Assembly (NCBI GenBank): GCA_964619555.1
Contig: CAZUDV010000004.1
Location: forward strand, 4,911-68,910
Origin: an uncultured Bacteroidales bacterium
Lineage (GTDB): Bacteria > Bacteroidota > Bacteroidia > Bacteroidales > JAGOPY01
Length of the DNA stretch: 64,000 nt
Reading direction: 5' to 3'
Both the position numbers and the translations under genes were made by a program. This document shows positions 56,007-64,000 of the stretch, one piece after another. Below the pieces are notes generated by a model. The model had not been told where the DNA came from, searched no databases, and saw only the letters and a program-made list of their open reading frames with translations. The first letter of the stretch is position 1. Each line of letters begins with the position of its first letter.

Positions 56007-57119
56007 TTAGATCACTGTTTCATGTTTACGGCTGATGACCCGGTTCAGGTTGCTCATGAACACGGAGAGCGTTGTGGGCAGATTAGCGGGATTGAAGCCA
56101 GCCGGGAACTTCGCCGGCAGGTGGTTGACTTTTTCGAGCAACTCATAGAAATTCACCGGTATCATGAAATCGAACCGCAGTTTGTTGACACAGGCATCTT
56201 TAACCGTCTGTATATCTGCTTCTTTCAATCCGAGCAAATGAGCGGCAGTTCTGGAAAGAAGACTATCGGTAACCGGCTCATCAAGCAAGGGTCGGATAAG
56301 TCCTTCATGGTTTTCTTTCAGAATTTTGAGGACGATGATTTCCGCCAGGATATCCACCGGAATGACCCTGAAACTGAAGGGAAAGTAATACCCTGTTTTC
56401 AGGAAAATATCGAGGATATGCCAGATAGAATAGTGATTCGGACATAGGCCGTTTTTCTCTGAACCGAGTACCAGCGGGATGTCATAAATACATCCTTTGA
56501 GGCCCTGGTCCATGGCATTCCGGATAGCCTGGCCGGCCACCCACTTGAACCCCGCGTAGCCCGACTGCCATGCATTGGTATTCAATGCCTTGAAATCCTG
56601 ATCAGTTTGAAAGAAACTGGCATTGAACGAAGAAGCATAATGCAGTGATTTGGGGGATTCCGGGTCCGCGCAAAAGGAGATCATCCTCTCCAGCTCGGGG
56701 ATCCATACCCGCTGGAAATGATGATAGGGCAGATGGTACAGGGGGGTCATGGCGAGATGGATCACCGTGCCGGTTTCACTTTTAACCATTTTGAACTCCT
56801 TGGCGTTGAGGTTCATGCGGTTCATGGTCACATCCCCCAGGTGGATGCAGAAATCAACCGGATTAAAATCTTCGAGGCCCCATTGGGAATAGGCCTGGAT
56901 CATCTTGCCGATGGCTTCGCCGATGGAGGGCGCCCGGAGCAATAAGTGGATTTTGCCGGGTTGGGTTTCCCGGAGTTTTTTCACGACATGGACTCCGATA
57001 AATGAGTTTGCGCCGGTCACCAGGATGCCGCCCGGATATTTTGAATTATGGGAGACAACCGTATTCCATTTTTTATGGATCAGGCTTTCGGTTCGGATAT
57101 CCTCTGTATGGGAGGTCAT
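56007..57119 (-). CDS. stand-alone thioester reductase-like SDR (NAD_binding_4 / male-sterility-type)
   Basis: Rossmann motif ILVTGANSFIGVHVVKKL, then LGDVTMNRMNLNAKEF ... VIHLA, and YAGFK (YxxxK). Its stop lies 11 nt upstream of the LamG gene start. Confidence 0.75.
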   Translation of the reverse strand: MTSHTEDIRTESLIHKKWNTVVSHNSKYPGGILVTGANSFIGVHVVKKLRETQPGKIHLLLRAPSIGEAIGKMIQAYSQWGLEDFNPVDFCIHLGDVTMNRMNLNAKEFKMVKSETGTVIHLAMTPLYHLPYHHFQRVWIPELERMISFCADPESPKSLHYASSFNASFFQTDQDFKALNTNAWQSGYAGFKWVAGQAIRNAMDQGLKGCIYDIPLVLGSEKNGLCPNHYSIWHILDIFLKTGYYFPFSFRVIPVDILAEIIVLKILKENHEGLIRPLLDEPVTDSLLSRTAAHLLGLKEADIQTVKDACVNKLRFDFMIPVNFYELLEKVNHLPAKFPAGFNPANLPTTLSVFMSNLNRVISRKHETVI

Positions 57120-57266
57120 AAAAAGTGGTTTGGTTAACTTTATCAGCTTAAAGTTACAAAGGGGGAAAAGGGGGTTGCAAATTTCCAGGGCTACATTTGC
57201 ACTCGGAGCACCCTACAAAAACACTCATGGGAGAGATCAAAAGGGTGTATTAAAAGTCTTTTAATA

Positions 57267-57325
57267 GCCACTGATTCACAGATTAATGTGAGCTACTTGT
57301 AAATAGTCATCTGTGCATCAGTGGC
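57267..57325. promoter_or_regulatory. 17-bp inverted repeat (16/17) with a 25-nt spacer, between the regulator stop and the reductase start
   Basis: gccactgattcacagat (57267-57283) and atctgtgcatcagtggc (57309-57325). It could act as a terminator, attenuator or operator. Confidence 0.45.
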
Positions 57326-57449
57326 ATATAATATTCCTATAAAAATAATCCAACAATTAACTTTCCTACTGATACAGCCTATTAATCAACTGTGCGGAAA
57401 CTTGATGGGATACAATTCCAGACTTACGGATTAACCCGTTGGTTATGAC

Positions 57450-59471
57450 CTATACCGCCGCCAGGAAACTGCTGAGATTATCGTCCCGCTTCAGGTTCAG
57501 CTTTTGACGGATCCGGCTGCGTGTCACTTCGATGCTTTTAGGCGACCTGCCGGTGATCGCGGAGATTTCCCTGGTGTTGAGGTTCATCCTCAGGAAGGCA
57601 CAGATTCGTTGCTCATAGGAAGTCAGCTCCGGATGTTTATCATACAACCTCTGGTAAAATCCCGGATGCACCTGCGTGAACTGGGTCTCAAATTCCCTCC
57701 AGTTGCTTTGCGGGGCATCGATCCTGAGCTCATTGACGATTGAAAGCAGTTCATCATTGTTGTTATCCGGGGATTGCTGAATTTCCTGGAGCCTTTTGAT
57801 CAGCCGCGATATCAGTTCATTTTTCTGGTTCAGGAATAACATTTTGGAGGCCAGTTCCCGTTTCTTTCCGTCCAGTTCACCTTCTAATTCCTGCAGATGC
57901 TGAAGGTTGATCAATTCCTGCTGCTGGTAAAGCAGTTTCGCATCCCGGTTCCTCCTGAAGAGCAGCAGAATGATCACCAGGCTCAGGCCTGTGATCGTTA
58001 CCAGGGTCAGGGTGATGATATTCCGGATCCGAAGTTTCTGTTCCTGCAGGTAAGCTTTATTCCTGAGGAGTTCATTCTCCTTCTCTTTTTTCTCGTAATT
58101 ATACCGTGCTTCGATACGGCTGATTTCCTGACGCTGGTTATAAAAGCTAAGGCTATCGGTATGGGCCATGGTGGTTTTGTACCATCGCAGCGCAGCCAGG
58201 GCATTTCCGCTTTTTTCGTATGCTTCCGACAACAATGATGAAGCGTCTCTCTGGGCAGGGACAAGGTTCAGTTCTTCCGCAATCGAGTAAGCCTTTTTCC
58301 CATGGGTAACGGCACCCGGATAATTCTGCTGATGCATCAATGTCTTTGCGTGCAAAAGGCAAATATTGGCGATCAATGGCCTGTTATTGGTTTCGGATGC
58401 TTTGGCCGAGGCCTTTGTAAGATATTCATCCGCCAGGCCGTATTTTTTTTCGGAATAATAATATTTTCCGAAGATGTAATCGCATTCCGCCTCAAATGGC
58501 CGCGAACCGATCTCCTGAGCTACGGTATGAATACGATTGCAATATTCGAGTGCCTTGTCATTTTGGCCCATATCCAGGTAGAGACCTGCCAGGTTGTAGT
58601 ACCTTACAACCAGAGCAGATTTCTGTTGCAGGAGCTCTTCAATGGAAGTCGACCGGAGGATGTACGACAGGGCCTTGTCATATTCATTCACCATTTTCAA
58701 AACTACGCCAATATTCAGCAATGCGGTAGAAACCGCTTTCTCGTCGCCCGATTTCTCATAATGACTGAGTGCTTCCTCGAACGACACAATTCCCTGGTCC
58801 ATATTTCCCTGTTCACAAAGGAGAATGCCCGCATGCAGCCTGACATCCGCGATCAGGCTGCTATCGTTCAGTTCCGTTGCGATTTGCATACATTCCATGT
58901 AACTCGAGTCAGCCCGGGTATAATTGCCCAGGCGCCTGAAAGCATTGCCGGCTGCGTGCCTGACGTTGAACATGCCCATTTTATAGTTATCTTCAGCATA
59001 TAACTCATAGGATTGTTCCAGCATCCTGACGGCTTCCGGGTAGAGGTTGCTCATATAACGGATGTACCCGATATCATATAGTGCCTGGGCATGGAGGGAT
59101 CTTAACCCGGCTGCCTCCGACAGTTCCAGTGAGCGCCGGTAATAGGATTCAGCCCTTGCATATTCGTCGTTGTAATAATGGATATTCCCGGTGTAATTCA
59201 GGGCTTTGATCACGGTTTCAAGGTATGACAATTGTTTTCCTGATATCTCCACCTGATTTGTGGTTAGCTCAGCTTCGGGGCTTCCGAAGATCAGGCGGTA
59301 GTAATAAATAGCTGAGTCGGGATTTTCATTATGCAGCGCCCTCCCTTTCCTCAGCAAGGCATTAACAAAAGCAGTATCATGGTCTGTGATATTCGCAGAT
59401 ACCACATTCCATAACATTGTTAAAGCAAAAGTTATTAGGACAGATTTTTTAGATTCGGTTAAATAAATCAT
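57450..59471 (-). CDS. transmembrane one-component regulator: N-terminal signal/anchor + TPR array + TM helix + coiled coil + LuxR/GerE-type HTH
   Basis: ATG at 59471 gives MIYLTESKKSVLITFALTMLWNVVSA (the track start 59552 lies inside the hairpin repeat). Has many TPR-like units, a TM helix IITLTLVTITGLSLVIILLLF, and HTH LTSYEQRICAFLRMNLNTREISAITGRSPKSIEVTRSRIRQKL. Confidence 0.85.
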   Translation of the reverse strand: MIYLTESKKSVLITFALTMLWNVVSANITDHDTAFVNALLRKGRALHNENPDSAIYYYRLIFGSPEAELTTNQVEISGKQLSYLETVIKALNYTGNIHYYNDEYARAESYYRRSLELSEAAGLRSLHAQALYDIGYIRYMSNLYPEAVRMLEQSYELYAEDNYKMGMFNVRHAAGNAFRRLGNYTRADSSYMECMQIATELNDSSLIADVRLHAGILLCEQGNMDQGIVSFEEALSHYEKSGDEKAVSTALLNIGVVLKMVNEYDKALSYILRSTSIEELLQQKSALVVRYYNLAGLYLDMGQNDKALEYCNRIHTVAQEIGSRPFEAECDYIFGKYYYSEKKYGLADEYLTKASAKASETNNRPLIANICLLHAKTLMHQQNYPGAVTHGKKAYSIAEELNLVPAQRDASSLLSEAYEKSGNALAALRWYKTTMAHTDSLSFYNQRQEISRIEARYNYEKKEKENELLRNKAYLQEQKLRIRNIITLTLVTITGLSLVIILLLFRRNRDAKLLYQQQELINLQHLQELEGELDGKKRELASKMLFLNQKNELISRLIKRLQEIQQSPDNNNDELLSIVNELRIDAPQSNWREFETQFTQVHPGFYQRLYDKHPELTSYEQRICAFLRMNLNTREISAITGRSPKSIEVTRSRIRQKLNLKRDDNLSSFLAAV

Positions 59472-59535
59472 ACGCCGAATAAATAAAAACTGTTGACGAT
59501 GAGGCAATAAAGATAGAAAAAAGACGGAGATAAAT

Positions 59536-59591
59536 AAAAATCGTACTACCACTATAGTCGTAGTACGATTTTTTTAAAGCCAGCCGATTTC
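59536..59591 (-). terminator. 55-nt hairpin repeat, copy 3
   Basis: aaaaatcgtactac cactatagtc gtagtacgattttttt aaagccagccgatttc. It lies 25 nt downstream of the stop of 59616-62411 and upstream of the regulator start. Confidence 0.7.
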
Positions 59592-59615
59592 TATCAATGA
59601 TAACTCTGTCTTTAT

Positions 59616-62411
59616 TTATAATTTGATGATTTTCTTCACGATCGTTTGATTTACGAGCGATATTCGGATGAAATAGATACCAGGCGGCAGGGAGCTGATG
59701 TCGAAATCAAGAGCACGCTTGTTCAATTGTTCAATTGTTCTATTGTTATTGGGTATCAGCACGTTTCCATTAATATCCACCAACTCTAAACTTTGAAATT
59801 CAATCTTGCCCTTTGAACTTTGAACTTTGAACTTACCGGTGGTTGGATTAGGCACAATATCCACATCACCTGCGATCCATGATTCCATGCTTTTATCCTC
59901 CTCCAAACCCGTGGTGATGTCCCAGACAGCTGTTGCCATACCACGGCCATGAGTTGCTGCCAGAACAGTGAAATCACTTTGCCTGATTTGAAGCATATCT
60001 ACCCTGACATTTGCCAGACCTTCAATATCCTGGACCCAAACCGTGTTGGTTTCATCCAGGTTTGAAGTGGTCCAGATTCCCAGCTCGGTAGCCAGCATGG
60101 CATGCTGTGTGCTGGTGGGATGGTAAAGGGCCCACCGGACCGGCATATCGGGCAGGTTGGCTTCCTTGTTTTCCCAGGTAGTGCCACCGTCGTAAGTCTG
60201 CCAGACCGATTCGACACCATAATTTGAAAAAACTGCCAGTAAAGTATCGTCCGATCCTCCAATGGCCACACATGAAATAGCCCCTTCCGGGAAATCGTCG
60301 CCGGTGATCTCGGTGACCTGCGGCGTGGCCTGGGCATTCTGCACCCTGAACAGCCTGCCGGATAGAGAACCGGCAAAGAGGGTGGTGGTTCCGTCAGGCG
60401 AATGGGGACTGCATTCGACGGCGGAATAATAAACACTGAGGCCTGTATTCAGGTTGATGAAATTCCCGGTGATGTTGCTGGGGATGCCGCTGATCCGGAG
60501 GATCCGGTTGGCCAGCTGTCCGCCGAATTCACAGGCATTGGCATAAAGGATATTATTCGCGTTATCGTAATCGGCAGGAGATACGAATGTGCCGCTCGAC
60601 CAGTCGCTCATGGAAGCATACCAGTTACCATTGTTCCATAGGGTATACTGGTTATAATATACCGAAGTGATCATGTATTGCGACTGGTCCTGGTCGATGA
60701 AACAACCCGAACCGTCGCCCCCGTCGATCATCTGGTTAATCGTCAGGGCCTGCCCGGTGTAATAAAGTGTCCCGTTATCCTGCAGACCGCCCACGCACCT
60801 GGCATTTCCGGCCGCAGGATGCAAGGCACAGGTATAGAACTGGAGGGTGCCGTATCCCAGATTCTTTTCCTGGAAATCCGGGCTGGACGATCCGGCATTA
60901 TCGGTATAAAATACCCCACCGTCGGAAGTAATGAGCAATTCATCGGATGAACCGGGTTTATATGCAATATCATGGATATCAGCATGCACATATTCATCTC
61001 CTCCTCCATAATACATCAGGGCCCATTCGGAAACCTGGTTCCAGCTTAGGCCGCCGTTGACAGATTTGTAAACGTCCAGGCCACCTATATACAGGGCATC
61101 CGGATCATTGGGATCAACTCCCACTGTTAGGGCATGCCATCCGATAGTAGCCCAGAAGTAATTGCCGCCGGACGGGATATTTCGGGCGTTCCAGGATGCC
61201 CCGGCATCTGAAGTCCGTGCAATGTGCCGGCCCTGGGTATAAATGAATCCGTTCTCGCTGTTCACATAACCCGCATCGAACAGGGCATATGCCACATCCG
61301 GATCAGAAGGTGCGCTGCCGATCATCACCCGGTTCGGAATATTGTATTGCGACTGACCCTGGATGATATCGATATAATCATCGTAAATAGTCCAGGTGCC
61401 GATCAATCCCTGGTCGGAATATAGGATGGTGGCACCGCCTTCACCGTCGAGATTGGCCATGGAACCAACCAGTATCCTGTTTCCGGCAGTGATTTCGATA
61501 TCTGCCACGGTAAACGGTTTGTTTGTCCCGGGAATCAGAGGGAGTACCTGAATCCAGGTGCCGCCGCCGTCAGTGGAACGATATAGCCCATCATTCGGTG
61601 TACTTTGCTGAGTGCCATGGTATGTGCCGGACGCCACTCCGGCATAGACTACGCTGTTGCCGTTTTCAACCCTTACTTCGACATCCGTAATATATTTGAA
61701 ATTCAGGGTAGATGACAGCTGTTGCCAGGTCAGGCCACCGTCGACTGATTTGAAGATCCCCGCCCCTATCCCGCTGGATTCGCGGTAGATGACCCGGGAG
61801 GTGAACGCTTCGCCGGTTCCCACATAAAAGACCTGGGGATCGACGGGATCGAAAGTAATGTCACTGATGGCTAAAGAAGGCCACAGGTCGTCAACCGGTT
61901 GCCAGGGGGAAAGCTGGCTGGAAATATTGTTGTTGTACCACAACCCTCCCGTCACTGCCCCGGCCCAGACTTTATAACCGCCGGTACTGTTGGGATCCCA
62001 CATGATGCACCGGGTCCTTCCTCCCATATTGGACGGTATGATCTCCCATTGCAGCGGATTCCCTGTTTTCAAGGCAGGATCCTTTTCTTCCGCCTTTAAT
62101 GAATTGTAAGCAGAAACAAGCCGTTCGACAGGCACCCGCTTTTCCTTCGGATCCATAGTTTGCAGAAAATCCTGGAATGCCGCCATCTGGGGCTCGTCGA
62201 ATGACTTACCGGGTTTTGAGTCTTGAGTTTTGGGTTCTGAGTTATGAGTTCTGGGTTGTGTATTGCCATCTCCCATTTCTTTTCCTGTTTCCAAAAGGTA
62301 TTTTTCATATTCAGACCGGTCTTGCTGTTTGTCTCTCAGGATAAGAAAACTGGCGAGAAGGGCAAGGGCAGCCATCATGAAGACTGCGAGGGGCAGATGC
62401 CTGGATTTCAT
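59616..62411 (-). CDS. T9SS-sorted BNR/Asp-box beta-propeller protein (sortilin-VPS10 / GH74-like)
   Basis: Anchor/signal MKSRHLPLAVFMMAALALLASFLIL. Asp-box repeats KSVDGGLTW, RSTDGGGTW, RTSDAGASW, KSVNGGLSW and TYDGGTTW. Has the shared CTD (IVPNPTTGKFKVQSSKGKIEFQSLELVDINGNVL ... NNNRTIEQLN ... LPPGIYFIRI ... KKIIKL). Confidence 0.85.
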   Translation of the reverse strand: MKSRHLPLAVFMMAALALLASFLILRDKQQDRSEYEKYLLETGKEMGDGNTQPRTHNSEPKTQDSKPGKSFDEPQMAAFQDFLQTMDPKEKRVPVERLVSAYNSLKAEEKDPALKTGNPLQWEIIPSNMGGRTRCIMWDPNSTGGYKVWAGAVTGGLWYNNNISSQLSPWQPVDDLWPSLAISDITFDPVDPQVFYVGTGEAFTSRVIYRESSGIGAGIFKSVDGGLTWQQLSSTLNFKYITDVEVRVENGNSVVYAGVASGTYHGTQQSTPNDGLYRSTDGGGTWIQVLPLIPGTNKPFTVADIEITAGNRILVGSMANLDGEGGATILYSDQGLIGTWTIYDDYIDIIQGQSQYNIPNRVMIGSAPSDPDVAYALFDAGYVNSENGFIYTQGRHIARTSDAGASWNARNIPSGGNYFWATIGWHALTVGVDPNDPDALYIGGLDVYKSVNGGLSWNQVSEWALMYYGGGDEYVHADIHDIAYKPGSSDELLITSDGGVFYTDNAGSSSPDFQEKNLGYGTLQFYTCALHPAAGNARCVGGLQDNGTLYYTGQALTINQMIDGGDGSGCFIDQDQSQYMITSVYYNQYTLWNNGNWYASMSDWSSGTFVSPADYDNANNILYANACEFGGQLANRILRISGIPSNITGNFINLNTGLSVYYSAVECSPHSPDGTTTLFAGSLSGRLFRVQNAQATPQVTEITGDDFPEGAISCVAIGGSDDTLLAVFSNYGVESVWQTYDGGTTWENKEANLPDMPVRWALYHPTSTQHAMLATELGIWTTSNLDETNTVWVQDIEGLANVRVDMLQIRQSDFTVLAATHGRGMATAVWDITTGLEEDKSMESWIAGDVDIVPNPTTGKFKVQSSKGKIEFQSLELVDINGNVLIPNNNRTIEQLNKRALDFDISSLPPGIYFIRISLVNQTIVKKIIKL

Positions 62412-62465
62412 AATACGAGCTTAATTTGGTTTTGCATGTGCAAAGTTAGCAGATTTCATTAAAAA

Positions 62466-63890
62466 TCAGTCCGGATCAGGATTTGGATTCCCGGTGAGTG
62501 TTTGCGTAAGTCGGTGCAGCATATCCACCGTATATTCCCCGATATAAGGACCATAAAAGATCATGTTCCTGGATTCGGCATCACCGTTGTAATAATACCG
62601 GCCCGGAATTAAATACCCGGCGTAACTTCCATTGAAACTGGTAATATTTGCCCGGTAACCCTGAACATACAGGGAATTCTTAAGTTCTACGGCAAACTCT
62701 CCTCCAAAATCTCCCGGTGTGGTTATCCACATCATTTTTCCAAGTTTCACAGCCTGAATGAAGGATGTTTCAGGCAGGGGCAACAGCAGTTCGCTCCATG
62801 CTTTCGATAGATCCAACCGGTTTGTGATGCGTAAATGATAATCAGGCAGATATAATGGCGCCGTCGCTGCCAGGAATTCCAGGGTATCTTCAAAGATCAG
62901 TTGCGGCAGATATTGAAGCGTCTTTTCCGCCAGCGAATCCCCAAGATATTTCGGACTGTCGAAACCCTTGCCTTTGCCGTTGTGCGTCTGGTTGCCCATG
63001 CTTCCTGCCATGAAGAGGGCAACATCAAAGCCCTGGTTTTCCATATTTCTCTGCCAGTAACCCGGATAATCCCCGCTTATTTCCATGTTTCTCCTGCCCA
63101 TTGAGGTGGAATGAGCCGAAAAAGAACCGATCAAAGCCATTCTGCCATCCTTTTGATCCAGGCAGATCAGGCTGAAGGCACTGTTTTTCAAACCACGGTC
63201 GCCCAGGATCTTATTCCGCAGGTATTTTTCGGCATCGAACTCTCCCGTGGCAATACGGGCGGGTTTAAGGTCAGCAATAGCCTGCATGATGGCATCTGAA
63301 ATTTGTCTGCTGAGCCATTCTTCCAGATCCGCATTCCTTTTCCCCGCAATTTGCTTTCCTAGAAGACCACGTCCCCAGGCCCCCAGGCTGGAATGGGTAT
63401 GGGTCGCTGAAAAGAAAACCTGGTCCCGGCGGATGCCGTGTGACGATATTTCCCTCATTACCGGTTCCGTAAGGTATGGAGGCATCAGGAGCAGGTCGGC
63501 GCTGACGAGTATAATGAGTTGTTCCTGTACTTGTATGGCAGCAGCTTTGACAAAGATGCTGTCATGGATGCCTGTCGCCGGTTTTCCTTTCCTCCAGCCG
63601 AAACCGGCCAGGGGCATTTGCCTGAATTCCCCATTGGCAGGATCATCGGCGGGTGCACCCAGGACCGGGGTGATGCTTATCCTGGAAAATCCGGCTTTCA
63701 CAGGGCCTTTGACCGGTTTAAGAATGCTCTTCAGGCTATCGATACCGGTAAGGCTTTTCTGGTAATAATCACTCTTGAAATAGGGTTTTTTATCTGCCGG
63801 AGAAATGGAAACTACAATAGTGATGATGACAAAAACAACAATAATTTTAAGGATTACCAGGGGTCTCAACTTATTTTTGACCTGTCCCAT
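62466..63890 (-). CDS. neutral/alkaline ceramidase N-terminal-domain-like hydrolase, membrane-anchored
   Basis: Anchor LVILKIIVVFVIITIVVSI. The block GFSRISITPVLGAP ... MPLAGFGWRKGKPATGIHDSIFVKAAAIQVQEQLIILVSADLL and SATHTHS resemble the ceramidase_alk N-terminal family. Assignment is by eye. Confidence 0.55.
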   Translation of the reverse strand: MGQVKNKLRPLVILKIIVVFVIITIVVSISPADKKPYFKSDYYQKSLTGIDSLKSILKPVKGPVKAGFSRISITPVLGAPADDPANGEFRQMPLAGFGWRKGKPATGIHDSIFVKAAAIQVQEQLIILVSADLLLMPPYLTEPVMREISSHGIRRDQVFFSATHTHSSLGAWGRGLLGKQIAGKRNADLEEWLSRQISDAIMQAIADLKPARIATGEFDAEKYLRNKILGDRGLKNSAFSLICLDQKDGRMALIGSFSAHSTSMGRRNMEISGDYPGYWQRNMENQGFDVALFMAGSMGNQTHNGKGKGFDSPKYLGDSLAEKTLQYLPQLIFEDTLEFLAATAPLYLPDYHLRITNRLDLSKAWSELLLPLPETSFIQAVKLGKMMWITTPGDFGGEFAVELKNSLYVQGYRANITSFNGSYAGYLIPGRYYYNGDAESRNMIFYGPYIGEYTVDMLHRLTQTLTGNPNPDPD

Positions 63891-64000
63891 TATTTTACTT
63901 CAAATTCGGTAAAAGTGGTCCGTTCCGTTCCGTCTCCCAGTATGCCACGAAAAACGACCAAATACTTTCCAGGTGTATCCGGTGCGGTAAATGTGACGGA
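63890..64000 (-). CDS. C-terminal end of an unidentified ORF entering from the right window edge
   Basis: The reverse frame reads ...SVTFTAPDTPGKYLVVFRGILGDGTERTTFTEFEVK*. Its TAA overlaps the next start (TAATG) at 63888-63892. It is too short to classify. Confidence 0.3.
   Translation of the reverse strand, partial: SVTFTAPDTPGKYLVVFRGILGDGTERTTFTEFEVK

Noticed and set aside
59472-59552. N-terminal extensions of track ORFs (59552, 54925, 50831, 47862, 6233, 25421, 35943, 2642, 38349)
   Set aside because: The extensions start at TTG/GTG or run through hairpins or intergenic repeat elements. In each case an internal ATG gives a normal signal peptide or a family-typical N-terminus.
46383-62411. 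CRISPR array as an explanation for the repeated intergenic sequences
   Set aside because: The repeats are separated by whole genes, not by 25-40-nt unique spacers. The short word arrays are contiguous tandem repeats. No cas genes are present.

Overview
Bacteroidota-type chromosomal segment, recognised from a SusC/SusD pair, T9SS C-terminal sorting domains, GH97, type III CoaX and short leaders. The six-frame track accepts TTG/GTG starts, so several ORFs were trimmed to the first ATG that gives a signal peptide. Roughly 1-29.6 kb is conserved housekeeping: purN (partial), acpP-fabF-rnc, GH97, pheS, cyclophilin, tdk, a SusC/SusD pair plus an M19-like hydrolase, rsmI, NUDIX, mrdA-rodA, and a ppiD-lptC-TPR-OMP-coaX envelope block. 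From tRNA-Phe (29587) onward the window is accessory. It holds two LamG-Ig-T9SS paralogs, an IS21 element whose istA carries an in-frame TAA, an aromatic amino acid decarboxylase, ubiE and an M16 peptidase. Then come a cohesin-like/NIDO-like secreted protein and, most notably, a 16-kb co-directional array at 46.4-62.4 kb. That array has six T9SS cargo genes with unrelated passenger domains but one shared C-terminal module that is near-identical at DNA level. A transmembrane TPR-LuxR sensor and a stand-alone thioester-reductase-like gene are embedded in it. The array is punctuated by a ~100-nt palindromic intergenic element that occurs in opposite orientations upstream of two adjacent paralogs, and two array genes are followed by identical copies of a 55-nt hairpin repeat. 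Short 7-12-nt tandem word arrays sit at many gene boundaries across the window and spill into coding sequence (signal peptides, linkers, sorting domains). No CRISPR array, rRNA, prophage or recognisable defence system was seen. All homology calls are motif recognition by eye, with no searches run.
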